Virus record (IMG/VR): IMGVR_UViG_3300021961_000124
Location: 1-55,870 of that record
Strand: one strand, 5' to 3'
Origin: a virus
Taxonomy: Duplodnaviria; Caudoviricetes
Length of the DNA: 55,870 nt
Positions within the stretch are counted from its first letter, which is position 1, and every line of letters starts with the position of its first letter. The notes beneath the pieces were generated by a model. The model was not told where the DNA came from and did no database searches. It was given only the letters and a program-made list of their open reading frames with translations. Positions 7,951-18,330 of the stretch are shown here, in pieces. The position numbers and the translations under genes were made by a program.

Positions 7951-10900
7951 TTAAACATTGAATTGATAATTTGCGAACAGAATATATTGCTCATTTATAT
8001 TTCCTTCTGTTTTTTGTACAATGTAACGATCAATTTGAAAATCCAATAGCCTAAAATCAAAACCACTATTTTTTATGTTAACCATAATATCATCAGCAGT
8101 ACCAGGTTTACAGTAGCAAATTGGAACGGCACTGACATATCCAAGCTCTTGGAACCCTGTTTGTGTGGTTCTCATCCATAGCGGTAAATAGTTTCGTTCA
8201 GATTTTCCGATATCCTTTATATTTCTACGCATATTATCTATACTAGATATATATCTTCTTTGATCCTTGCCGTCGGAAACTTTAACTGCATTAGAATCTG
8301 TTTTGATTGTATTTGCAGGAGTTGGTCTTCTGCGCATTGGTTCGCTGTCTGATACTTGCAGTTGCACTAATAGTTCAGAAGTATTTGCTATTTCTACGTA
8401 AAAATCATTATTGTCTACGTTTAAAGGTACTCCGCCGTCTCTAGTATCAATAATAATTTTATCTACTTCAGGATAAAAGAATGTAACAGTTTGACGTCCG
8501 TATACAGGAAGCTGCACAGCACCTAGACCTGTTTTAGTTTCGTCATCTTTTGGTGCAAACTGTATACTATCAACAGTTATATTATTTTTTGTATTTATTA
8601 AAAATTCTTTTTGAGTTTTTCCAGATTTTGGCTTAGCCCTATCAATTATATCTATGTAAATAACTTCATAGATAACATCAGATGTTCCGGGTTCCTTTGC
8701 TACAGCTTTTTTAATGTCTCCCATTAAATATCGAGTTTTCTTATGATTTTTTGCAGCCGCCGAAACAAACTTATCTACTGACTTTGCCTCAATGCCTGCA
8801 TACACTAACATTTTTAGTTTTTTCTGTATTCCAAAACTTTCATCATCAGGTCGATATATGCTTTCAGGAGTAAAAACTTCCGGAGTTGATAAAAATACTC
8901 TGTACTGATTTCTTTGTTCTTGTTTTAAGAACGGAGTTGCGTAAATGTTTGTATAACGAGTAGAATCGCTATCATCAACTAGTAGTGTAAATTCTCTACG
9001 TATAGCAACTAGATTGAATCTATCTCTTGCTTCAACAGTAAACTTATACTCTCTATCAAATGTTGTTAGACCAGGTTGATAACCGTCCCAAGTATTAGCG
9101 CCATTATCAAATGTTGTTAAGCCTAGTTTTCCAGGTTCTGGAAATTGTCTAGCTGATCCTATAATTTCTCCGTACGGGTTCATACGCATACCGTTAGGAA
9201 GTTTACCATCAATGATATTGTATATCATTTTAGTACCCGGTACCGTTGTTTCAGCCTCAACTCTTAGGTTACTAATAAAATTAGCATTTATAGTTCCTAA
9301 ATCAGCATCTGTTAGCCATTGTATTGCCGAATCAATATAACCAATTATACTTAATTCAAATGTCTTAGCAGTGCTTGGTATTACAGTTTCATCTTCACTT
9401 ACTATTACAATATTTTTAGAAAAGAAATCATTTTTAAATAAAGCAATACCGATGTTTCTTCCTTGATTAATTTGACTAATTAATGGTACGTCAAAACTAA
9501 TTCTATCTTCGTTGTCTCTTAACAGTTTAACAGTTATTTCGCTACTGTCTGTGCTGGTGTCAAAAAAGTTTTTTACGTTTGTAATAATTCTACTTTCAGC
9601 AGTACTTAGAATTTTAATTTTCCAACGGTTTTGGTCTATAATATCAATATAAGGTGTACCACCAAACTTATATTCTAGAGCCTGATATGTAGCAGTAATA
9701 ACATCTTCATTACTTAAATCACGTATCGTCTCTGCTATTTCAACCCATTTGTCCTCTTCAAAAATAATTTGAACAACTCCATCTACTGTTATTAAATTTC
9801 CGTCAATATCAGTTTGTGGTTGTATGTTATGAGCTGATAAACAGCGATATATTTTGCCGTTGCCACCGGACTCTACAGTATAAACAGCTATGTCGTTTGC
9901 AAAGTAGTTTTCATATAAATCTATGTTTTGCGGAACACCAAATGGAAGTATTGGATCAGTTGAAGGATCTGTTTGAATTATTTCATATTCTATATAAGGT
10001 AGTATGTCTTGTATAACATAACCTTCGTCATCATTAAATCTAATAGTTCTGCCTTGGTATTTTTCTTTGTCTTTTTCGTTTAACCTAGATACAAATATAT
10101 GATCTTGACCGGTTCTAGCTGTTCTGCTTGTTATAAGAGATACATTTGGGCCAATAGTATCGTTGACATAAATTAAATCATAGTCTGCGTTCCTATCATC
10201 TATGTTTATTACAGAATATTCGCGTTTGTTAAGTAGTATTTTTCTTCCTATTAGTTCTTTTAGATCAGAAATACCATCTACACTAGTTAAATCTGTTTTA
10301 TATACTTTAAAGAAATCTTTTCCTAATAAAGTATCTTCATAGAATGTTCCAAAAATTGTAGCTGTTTCTAAATCACCTTCAAATCTAGTTGCTTTAATTG
10401 TAAACTTATAGTCTCGTGTAACAGCTGGTTGATAAGGAACCCTACCTGTTAGTTCCCCTGTTGATGAATCAAGTTCTAACCCCGGAGGCAATATACTAGG
10501 AGTGCCGTCGTCATTTACATCTTCTAAGGTATAAACAACATTTCCGACTAGAGTAGAGTTATCAACTATATCTAAGTAAACAGATACATAATTTGATGCT
10601 CTTTTAAATCCTAAATTTCTAGGGGTTACCCATACTGGAGTTCTAAGATGGGTAACGTCTGCTGTAAACACACCAGTACTTGATTTCATCACAGTATTAT
10701 CTGAGCGTAAAAAGTCATCGCCTACAACGTAAATGTTGAACTCTCTACGAGCAAATGTGTCGCCGTCAGTTACTGTTACAGCAAATGGATAATAGCGGTT
10801 TAGTTTTCTTAAACTAACAGTTGATTCAGAATAGTCAAACGAAGTTGTATCGTAGTAAAAACTGCCGTAACCGTTTCCTGGCAAAACAGCATAATCAAAC

Positions 10901-11469
10901 GGAAAATCTCCGTATGGCATTGAATCGTACTGTCCGCTAGTAAACCTTTTATCTAAACTTAATAAAGGTTCAACTATGCCTGTTAGTTTACCATCTCTTG
11001 ATAATTTAATTCCTGGAGGAAGTGTACCATCACCGTCAGCGATAAAATAATCTAATACATCGCCCGCAGGCAAATCATTATCTGTTGCTAGTAACTGGAA
11101 GTCAATTATTTCGCTATCTAAAATAAAGTAAGTAGTTGCGCTACCTACCGGTAATAGACCTGGAGCGGTTAGCCATACTGGATCGTCAGGACCAACAACT
11201 ATGAATTTTAAAGTTCTGTCGTCAAAGTATCCCTCCCAGTGGGCACGAAGTACAACATTTGAAACAGTATCTGTAACTACTTCAAACGGTGTACCTACAA
11301 CTTTTGTTCCTTCAATACGTAAACCTGCAGGAAGATTTCCGCTGATGATTTCTAACTCGATACCCTGATATCCATTTGCTACAGGCAAGGCTATTTCAAT
11401 AAGGTTTCTTTCTATTAGAAGCCCTATTTGAGTTCCACTTATTACGTTCCAAAGAGATATATCAGCCAT
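7951..11469 (-). CDS. large virion/baseplate protein with putative Ig (He_PIG-like) repeats
   Basis: Repeated G.LP.G(L/I/M)...G...G units followed by F.V.A/T.D strands; 1172 aa in the late block. Confidence 0.75.
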   Translation of the reverse strand: MADISLWNVISGTQIGLLIERNLIEIALPVANGYQGIELEIISGNLPAGLRIEGTKVVGTPFEVVTDTVSNVVLRAHWEGYFDDRTLKFIVVGPDDPVWLTAPGLLPVGSATTYFILDSEIIDFQLLATDNDLPAGDVLDYFIADGDGTLPPGIKLSRDGKLTGIVEPLLSLDKRFTSGQYDSMPYGDFPFDYAVLPGNGYGSFYYDTTSFDYSESTVSLRKLNRYYPFAVTVTDGDTFARREFNIYVVGDDFLRSDNTVMKSSTGVFTADVTHLRTPVWVTPRNLGFKRASNYVSVYLDIVDNSTLVGNVVYTLEDVNDDGTPSILPPGLELDSSTGELTGRVPYQPAVTRDYKFTIKATRFEGDLETATIFGTFYEDTLLGKDFFKVYKTDLTSVDGISDLKELIGRKILLNKREYSVINIDDRNADYDLIYVNDTIGPNVSLITSRTARTGQDHIFVSRLNEKDKEKYQGRTIRFNDDEGYVIQDILPYIEYEIIQTDPSTDPILPFGVPQNIDLYENYFANDIAVYTVESGGNGKIYRCLSAHNIQPQTDIDGNLITVDGVVQIIFEEDKWVEIAETIRDLSNEDVITATYQALEYKFGGTPYIDIIDQNRWKIKILSTAESRIITNVKNFFDTSTDSSEITVKLLRDNEDRISFDVPLISQINQGRNIGIALFKNDFFSKNIVIVSEDETVIPSTAKTFELSIIGYIDSAIQWLTDADLGTINANFISNLRVEAETTVPGTKMIYNIIDGKLPNGMRMNPYGEIIGSARQFPEPGKLGLTTFDNGANTWDGYQPGLTTFDREYKFTVEARDRFNLVAIRREFTLLVDDSDSTRYTNIYATPFLKQEQRNQYRVFLSTPEVFTPESIYRPDDESFGIQKKLKMLVYAGIEAKSVDKFVSAAAKNHKKTRYLMGDIKKAVAKEPGTSDVIYEVIYIDIIDRAKPKSGKTQKEFLINTKNNITVDSIQFAPKDDETKTGLGAVQLPVYGRQTVTFFYPEVDKIIIDTRDGGVPLNVDNNDFYVEIANTSELLVQLQVSDSEPMRRRPTPANTIKTDSNAVKVSDGKDQRRYISSIDNMRRNIKDIGKSERNYLPLWMRTTQTGFQELGYVSAVPICYCKPGTADDIMVNIKNSGFDFRLLDFQIDRYIVQKTEGNINEQYILFANYQFNV

Positions 11470-11507
11470 TTAACACACTTCCTTTACAGTATTTATCGTA
11501 AAGATTG

Positions 11508-12218
11508 TTATAGTGTGCCGCCTTCAATTGTCCTGTATTCGGGGTGTGGAAATGTGCCAAAGTCTATGTCTAGCTCTGATGATAGCCACTGCACTACATT
11601 TGAGTAATTTACGCCTAATACACCAAAATCCCAGTAGTTATTAAACCACAAGTTAATATCTCTAATATCAATACTGTGTACTAGACCTGTTAAATTGCCT
11701 GTAAAAGACCCTGTTACATTAGTAGCATCAACATTGCCAATGTTTAAAAGGTTATTTCCTTGGCCGTCTAGATCTCCACCTAGCTGCGGAGTTGTATCGT
11801 TGGATAATTCTCTCCAACCTGTATAATTAATTCTTAATGCGTCACCAACAACAGAAGTAACAATATCTTGGCCACCTTGAACATTTAATGTTGCTATTTC
11901 TTCTAAAACAATAGTGCCAGTGTCTGGATTAACTGTTAGTTTTTTTAATCCGCCGTTTGCGTTTATTGTAACACTCTCATTGTTTGATTCTAGGGTTACA
12001 TCTGTTCCGGCAATGATTTTTTTAAACTGTAACTCATAGCCAACAAGCTGTGCAAAAAGTCCTTCGCCGCTATCTCCTAGATTTACAGCAGTTGACCTTT
12101 CGTAATCTCTAAGATCTAACTCCTCAAAGTTGTTGTTTACCTTAACAAAGGCTTCACGGAGGTCATCACCTGTGCCGTCGTTAGCTGTAATTCCTATGTT
12201 TATTAATTGAATTGCCAT
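11508..12218 (-). CDS. baseplate/tail-associated protein (gp9/gp10-like N-terminus)
   Basis: N-terminal INIG..ANDGTGDDLREAFVKVNNNFEEL; DTTPQLGGDLD tail-fibre motif. Confidence 0.72.
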   Translation of the reverse strand: MAIQLINIGITANDGTGDDLREAFVKVNNNFEELDLRDYERSTAVNLGDSGEGLFAQLVGYELQFKKIIAGTDVTLESNNESVTINANGGLKKLTVNPDTGTIVLEEIATLNVQGGQDIVTSVVGDALRINYTGWRELSNDTTPQLGGDLDGQGNNLLNIGNVDATNVTGSFTGNLTGLVHSIDIRDINLWFNNYWDFGVLGVNYSNVVQWLSSELDIDFGTFPHPEYRTIEGGTL

Positions 12219-12239
12219 GTAATTCTCCGTTTTTAATAT

Positions 12240-13793
12240 TTAGCTAGAGGTTATCTTTAACGTATATGCTCTGTTAAAAGGTTGAAACGCAAATCTATTT
12301 TCACTACCTAGCAAACTTCTAGTATTAGTGTAATCAACTTCGCTACCGCTACTGTATAGTTTTCCATTTCTAGACTTCCCTAGCAGCCATTGAGTAAGCT
12401 CTGCTGTGGTCTTATCTGGATTTAGTTGTAAGTACAATGCAGCTAATCCGGTTATTTGTGGAGCCGCCATACTTGTTCCGCTAATGTTTGTTTGCTTGTA
12501 ATTACTATCTAAATAATAATTTTGCGATCCAGCCCCCCAACTATTTGTATTACTGGTTGAACTCATTATGTTGGTACCGGGAGCCCATATGTTTACTCCG
12601 GGACCACATTCACTACTGATTGCCTTTTGCTCCAAACCTCCAGCATGAATAGCACTATCAACGTTACCAACTATAAATGCTTCATCGGAGTATGGACTAG
12701 AACCCCTATTATAGTAAACAAGACCATTGTTTGTAATAGCATAGTTGTTATAATCGAGACCGTTTTCGACATCTATTTTATGGTATTGATTGCCTGCTGC
12801 AATAACTACATGAACACCTTCGTCAATTAGTTCTTGAACGTCAACATCGATAGAACTTACACGTACATTAGTGTAATAAGTAGTTCCATCGCTTAACGGT
12901 ACAAGGCCAAGTGCCCAACGTTCGCTACCAGTATCTATAGCAGTTCCTGAAAATGTAGTACCTCTATAATTAATGCTGCTTACACTAGTATAGGTGGCAT
13001 AATAGCCCCAACTCATATTAACTATAGTAGGACGTTTAACTCCAGTAATAGGATCAACAGGTTTATTACGATGCCAAAGTTTAATTATATCAAAACAATT
13101 AGATTGTGAAATACCACTGTAAGGATCTGTACTACCTTCTAAACCTGCTACTTTTACTGCATAAATTCTTGCATCCTTAGCCCAACCAAAAGTTTTTCCG
13201 GCGGCAATGCCAGCAACATGTGTACCGTGACCATCATAATCTGTATAAAATTCAGTTGGCATGGTTCCGGTGAGTCCGCTTTCCGCATACCAGTCAATCT
13301 CGTAAACACGACTGTTTCCTTGTGAATCTTGAAACTCTGGATGATCTGCTTGTATGCCGCTATCTTGTATAATAATGTCTACTCCAGTGCCTTCTAGAGT
13401 ATAAGTATAGCCACCGGCTACATTGTTGCCTATATAAGGATTACTTTCGGCAATTATTCTACGTAGACCCCAATTTACATGAGACCCACTATCACTAGTT
13501 GTTTTTGCAAAGTCTGATTCTTGTATTGCTCTGCGCTTTATTATTAGATCGTCTCTTTGTTCGGGCGGAATTTCTACATCATACACTCTAGGATCACTGC
13601 GTAGTTGAGCGGCCTCAGCGTCTGTTAGTGCATAGTGACACATACGCAAACTGCCATCACGATTGTTAACTATGTCTACTCTACGTGTAGGAACAAAGCC
13701 GTCGTCTTCGCTAGCGTTTTCTATTTGTTCCCAAAAGGCATCATAGTCAACATCTCGATTTAAACTAACAATATATTCTTTTGTTTCACTCAC
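12240..13793 (-). CDS. subtilisin-like S8 serine protease
   Basis: Catalytic triad motifs IQDSG, HGTHVAG and GTSMAAP; oxyanion AAGN. Confidence 0.93.
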   Translation of the reverse strand: MSETKEYIVSLNRDVDYDAFWEQIENASEDDGFVPTRRVDIVNNRDGSLRMCHYALTDAEAAQLRSDPRVYDVEIPPEQRDDLIIKRRAIQESDFAKTTSDSGSHVNWGLRRIIAESNPYIGNNVAGGYTYTLEGTGVDIIIQDSGIQADHPEFQDSQGNSRVYEIDWYAESGLTGTMPTEFYTDYDGHGTHVAGIAAGKTFGWAKDARIYAVKVAGLEGSTDPYSGISQSNCFDIIKLWHRNKPVDPITGVKRPTIVNMSWGYYATYTSVSSINYRGTTFSGTAIDTGSERWALGLVPLSDGTTYYTNVRVSSIDVDVQELIDEGVHVVIAAGNQYHKIDVENGLDYNNYAITNNGLVYYNRGSSPYSDEAFIVGNVDSAIHAGGLEQKAISSECGPGVNIWAPGTNIMSSTSNTNSWGAGSQNYYLDSNYKQTNISGTSMAAPQITGLAALYLQLNPDKTTAELTQWLLGKSRNGKLYSSGSEVDYTNTRSLLGSENRFAFQPFNRAYTLKITSS

Positions 13794-13816
13794 AGTTTAA
13801 TCCTATTAGTTAAATC

Positions 13817-16800
13817 TTATGCGCCAGTTCCGCTATTAAGTGCTTTGACCAGTGTAGCCAATCTGTCAATGGCTGCACCTATAGTTATTGGAGCGGTTCC
13901 GCTCCAGTCCCCTGGTGTTTCTGCTGTATATGCTAGTGATCCATTTACTGTACCGTTAACTAATAAATCTTTAATCGTTAAATCACCAGTAATTATTACA
14001 TCGCCAGTTATGGTGCTAGTGTTAATTATAGTACCAGTCAAGTCACTCCAAAATACGTATAGGTCAACATCAACTTCTGAATTTACTAGAGTCCATGTTG
14101 TAAGATCTGAACTGGCTGCACGATACACTTCTTCGTAATCGTTGCCAATGTAGAAATAACCATTGACGTAGTCCATAGCATCAATGAAAACACCGTGGCT
14201 TGCCCTTGCTGTTGCTGTGCCTGTGAAAGTGTCAAGAGCACTGAAGTCTGAAGGTGTAGTCAATGTTTGATCATCATACAGTATATTTCCAGCACCAACA
14301 TTTAGATAATATGTTCCGTTGTATCCTGCGACGCTAGAACCTGTGATTACAATTTTCTCACCATTTTTAATAACACCGTTGCCTGCTTCTGTTGGGATTG
14401 AAGTGTATGTGAGTGCGCCTGTACTGTTGTTAATATCTGTGACAGTAAAATCAAACGGATGTATTGTAACAAATTCCCAAGTGCTACCGTTGTCTGTAGT
14501 ATAAACCACATGACCATCTTCGGTTCCAGTTGCAATTACACCGTCACCTCCTGCGGCTGTGTCACTGAACGCCGGAACAGTATATCCTATTGCATTTGAC
14601 AGACTGGTTAATGGATTGTTTTCCGTCCAGGTACCTGTGCGTGGATCGGTGCTGGTATTAACGGCACTGGTTGAGTCATTAAACACATACCATGAAGATC
14701 CACTCCATGCTGTAAACAACCCATTCTCCGCATAATCTACGGCAGTGCTAAACTGATTGGCAGTTGTTGGATTGGAGCTCAAATCAGTAATGTAAACACC
14801 GCCGTTCACACTGGTTGCTTGTACTGAAAACGCCCATCCCACACCGTTGTAGTCAACGTCACTGAATCTACTGTTCTCACTTCCACCAGCTGCTAAGTCA
14901 TTTAACAGTCCAGCATCTGTGATAGTTTTCCAAATCCAGTTAATGCCATCTGTAGAATAGCCCCATCCGCAGGTTTGTGGCGTTCCAGCATAATAACCTG
15001 CTGCAACAAAATAATTGTTTGCGTAGAGCATGTTGGTTATGTACAAAGATGTAGATATTGCAACTGCGGTTCCTGGTGAACTGAAACTGGTATATCCAAG
15101 ATCACCACTATCATTTGCCACAACAATAGTTGTTCCATCAGTTGCAATTGAACCAACAAAAATACCAGAATCAACTGGGCTGGACCATGTTGTTCCATCG
15201 GTGGATGTGATTATATTTCCGTCATCATTGCCTACAGCAAACGCATAAGTTGTTGTTGCACTACCAACACCACCACCGCCTGATGGGTCAGCATAGGTTA
15301 ATTCTTTTGTAGTAGCATTATAGTAAACTGCTTTGGCAGTATTACCTGTATCTTCTCTAACTGGATTGATATACAAACCTGATTGATCACCGTTCAATGG
15401 TGTACTTGAAGCATTGATCATAATGCTGTTAGCAGGCTGGTTAGGTGTACCGTCTCCATCCATGTTACCGCGAGCTGCTTTGAAACCAATAGCAACTGAG
15501 TAGTCGCCTTGATCAGTTGCACCAGCACAGAAACCTATACCTACTGCTCCGACGCCTTGTGTAACATTACCTGATCCACGTCCTACAGCAATCGCTTGAT
15601 TACCCTGTGTGTTGTAACCTGCACCTTCACCTAGAGCAACGGCACTATGACCTTGACTAGTTTCTCCTGCTCCTTGACCAAATGCTATAGAATCTCCATC
15701 ATTGTCTTTAATAACAGCGCCGTTGGTTAATGTTATTGTGTTGAATGTAACATCGTCTGCTGAGTTGACTAATTCTACCCAGTTGCCTGCGTGTGCAAAG
15801 TAGCCTTTACCTGTTGCGTGTACATGCGCAAACATACCATGATATATGTTTGCATTAGGTAACTCCCCTAGTGTACCGTAAACATTCGAATATACAATTT
15901 TACCTGTAGTAGTAATATCATATGTTTGGCCATTTAAGTTACCACCTAATTGCGGAGATGTATCGTCGACTAAATTAAATGTAATATCACTTGTTAGTGC
16001 TAGTGTTCCTGTGCCTGCTGGTATAGTATGTGTGTTGAGTGTTCCAACTACTTCAACTCCAGATGAACTAATATTAAATCTAGTTGTTTCTGTAGCACCA
16101 CTTTTTGTTAGAAATGTAAAACTTCCGCCATCTACACCAACAACATTCCCAACTCCGTGTAACTCACCTGGGAGGGTCAGTGTGCCATTACCTTCAAATC
16201 TCCAGTAATTTGAACCAGTTAGTTCACCAATATCTACATAATAAGGGGAGTTGCCAGCGTCAATGCTCATTCCCCAGTTGTTTGATAAATCACCTGTTCT
16301 AGCAAATATAGCTGTTTGAGTTTGTGTCGATTGTAGGGTACCCGGAAATTCTAAAGTAGGAACAGTTCCTTCACCAATGTCACCGTATATAAAACTCCAA
16401 GTCTTATCACCAGTTGTTACAGTCCAGTTACTATCTACTTCTACATTCGCCTTTAATACTCCAGCTACGCCGTCTACTAGTAGTGTACTATCATCTGCAA
16501 ATACAGAACCATTCATGTCGCCATTAAAAAACAATGCCGTGCCACCAACTACCACAGAATCTACATACTGTTTTGTGGCAACATCTTGTAAATTAATTGG
16601 ATCTGAAACATTTGTTATTCTACTACCACTTGCAACTATATCACCTACTCCAGCAGCAGCATCTAAAACAATGTTGTTTCCAGATTCAATCGTAACAATA
16701 CCTAATCCGGTAAATTCTAAACTGTTAGCAGTAATAGTGTCAAGGGTAATGTTTACTGCTGACAAATCTGGAGGTGTATATGTAAATACACCATTTGTAT

Positions 16801-17761
16801 TGTTGTATACTAATGTTCCAGATCCTGATGCAGGATTTGACACTACACTAAAAGCAGTAAGGTCGATACTTCCGCCGCCACCTGCGCCAGTTAAAATGTC
16901 AACACCATTTATTGTAGATCCTGCTGGAAGGTTAACTGCTCCGCCTGTCGATGTAATTGTAGCATCACCAAGGTAAATTGATGTACCACTTAGATACAAA
17001 TCTCTAAATTTGTGTGTAGCATCACCAATATCATATTCTTCATTGGTATTGGGTACTATATGACCTTTAACTGTACCGTCTAAGTTAATGGCATTATTGA
17101 TACCATCTACTAGAACTGTAGAATCGTCACCAAAAACTGAACCAACAAAATCTGCAATTATACCATTTTCAACAATTTCGTTAATAGTTGAGCTAATTAA
17201 TGAATCTACGTCTGCAGAATTTACAAATCCAAGATCATTTGTAAATTCTGATAGTGCTGTTGGTGCGCCGCCTAATGATGCATAAGCAATTTCATTAGTG
17301 TCTGCATTAAATATTAAACTTCCATCTCTACCTCTAAGATTAGCTATTACACTAGATGCATATATAGTTCTCCATCTTAAATAAGATGCACCTATATCAA
17401 ACGCAGCCGTCTCAGTTGGGTTAATAGATCCTGTAACACTCATGTTCCAAACATGTAAATCGTTTAGTTGGTCTAATTCACCAAATTCTAACCTAGTTCC
17501 ATCAGAGCTTACTCTTACGTATTTGTTTTCATGTCCTTCATATGTAGCAGGAGTGTCTTCTAATTCAATAAACGCTGTAGGCAAAACAGGTTTCCCTGCA
17601 ATTTCAATCTTTGCAGCACGTATTGTACCTAACGCATTAATGTCTTTTACTTCTTCGATATTGTTAGTTCGAAGATATAAATTGTCATCAGTTGGTAGTT
17701 CTTTTAATTTATTACCATCCGTTGGATCAATTATTAGTGGAATTCTGTTTGCCATGCTCAA
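13817..17761 (-). CDS. long tail fibre/receptor-binding protein
   Basis: 1314 aa; GSVFxDDSTxLVDG twice, DVATKQYVD, YadA-like 14-aa AIA(I/L)G repeats, and S/T-x-DG-x-x-W (BNR-like) repeats in the C-terminal third. Confidence 0.82.
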   Translation of the reverse strand: MSMANRIPLIIDPTDGNKLKELPTDDNLYLRTNNIEEVKDINALGTIRAAKIEIAGKPVLPTAFIELEDTPATYEGHENKYVRVSSDGTRLEFGELDQLNDLHVWNMSVTGSINPTETAAFDIGASYLRWRTIYASSVIANLRGRDGSLIFNADTNEIAYASLGGAPTALSEFTNDLGFVNSADVDSLISSTINEIVENGIIADFVGSVFGDDSTVLVDGINNAINLDGTVKGHIVPNTNEEYDIGDATHKFRDLYLSGTSIYLGDATITSTGGAVNLPAGSTINGVDILTGAGGGGSIDLTAFSVVSNPASGSGTLVYNNTNGVFTYTPPDLSAVNITLDTITANSLEFTGLGIVTIESGNNIVLDAAAGVGDIVASGSRITNVSDPINLQDVATKQYVDSVVVGGTALFFNGDMNGSVFADDSTLLVDGVAGVLKANVEVDSNWTVTTGDKTWSFIYGDIGEGTVPTLEFPGTLQSTQTQTAIFARTGDLSNNWGMSIDAGNSPYYVDIGELTGSNYWRFEGNGTLTLPGELHGVGNVVGVDGGSFTFLTKSGATETTRFNISSSGVEVVGTLNTHTIPAGTGTLALTSDITFNLVDDTSPQLGGNLNGQTYDITTTGKIVYSNVYGTLGELPNANIYHGMFAHVHATGKGYFAHAGNWVELVNSADDVTFNTITLTNGAVIKDNDGDSIAFGQGAGETSQGHSAVALGEGAGYNTQGNQAIAVGRGSGNVTQGVGAVGIGFCAGATDQGDYSVAIGFKAARGNMDGDGTPNQPANSIMINASSTPLNGDQSGLYINPVREDTGNTAKAVYYNATTKELTYADPSGGGGVGSATTTYAFAVGNDDGNIITSTDGTTWSSPVDSGIFVGSIATDGTTIVVANDSGDLGYTSFSSPGTAVAISTSLYITNMLYANNYFVAAGYYAGTPQTCGWGYSTDGINWIWKTITDAGLLNDLAAGGSENSRFSDVDYNGVGWAFSVQATSVNGGVYITDLSSNPTTANQFSTAVDYAENGLFTAWSGSSWYVFNDSTSAVNTSTDPRTGTWTENNPLTSLSNAIGYTVPAFSDTAAGGDGVIATGTEDGHVVYTTDNGSTWEFVTIHPFDFTVTDINNSTGALTYTSIPTEAGNGVIKNGEKIVITGSSVAGYNGTYYLNVGAGNILYDDQTLTTPSDFSALDTFTGTATARASHGVFIDAMDYVNGYFYIGNDYEEVYRAASSDLTTWTLVNSEVDVDLYVFWSDLTGTIINTSTITGDVIITGDLTIKDLLVNGTVNGSLAYTAETPGDWSGTAPITIGAAIDRLATLVKALNSGTGA

Positions 17762-17786
17762 ATCCTGTTCATTTTATATATTTACC

Positions 17787-18194
17787 TTAAATTGGAACTT
17801 CGCCATTTAGCGCATATATTGCACTTGCTATTCTGTCCAATGCTTCGCTAACAGTCTTTGGAGCAGGAGCGTCCCAGTGTACATTTGATTCTGGTATGTA
17901 TTTTAGCGATCCATTGTTGACTATTAGATCTCCTTCTGCTGACATGCTTAGTCTTGTTCCAGTTAAATAAACAAAATCTTTTATGTACACATCCGCCCAT
18001 TGTTTGTTTGAACTACCTATATCATAGCTTCCGTCAGTACCAGGAAGTAACGATGATTCAAGTGCAGACGGATCTGCAAAATTAGCATCATACAACTCAT
18101 TAAAGTTATTGTTAATTTTTGTAAATGCTGCACGTAAAGGATCCCCGTCACCTTTATTTTCACTTGTACCTATATTAACCAGTTGTTTTGCCAT
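17787..18194 (-). CDS. small tail/baseplate protein (gp9/gp10-like N-terminus)
   Basis: MAKQLVNIG...GDGDPLRAAFTKINNNFNELY; its C-terminal ALDRIA resembles the tail-fibre AIDRLA. Confidence 0.7.
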   Translation of the reverse strand: MAKQLVNIGTSENKGDGDPLRAAFTKINNNFNELYDANFADPSALESSLLPGTDGSYDIGSSNKQWADVYIKDFVYLTGTRLSMSAEGDLIVNNGSLKYIPESNVHWDAPAPKTVSEALDRIASAIYALNGEVPI

Positions 18195-18330
18195 TTTGAG
18201 TATTTCCCTTTTGAACAGTGATTCTTAGTTTAGTAGGAGTAACAACAACTTGACGTTGTTGTTTATCCCTACTTACTATAGTTTTTGCCTTACCAGCATC
18301 AACCATACGTTTTATTTGATTTTGGTCCAT
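18175..18330 (-). CDS. 51-aa basic hypothetical protein
   Basis: Not in ORF track. MDQNQIKRMVDAGKAKTIVSRDKQQRQVVVTPTKLRITVQKGNTQNGKTTG; ATG overlaps the upstream stop (TAATG). Confidence 0.55.
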   Translation of the reverse strand: MDQNQIKRMVDAGKAKTIVSRDKQQRQVVVTPTKLRITVQKGNTQNGKTTG

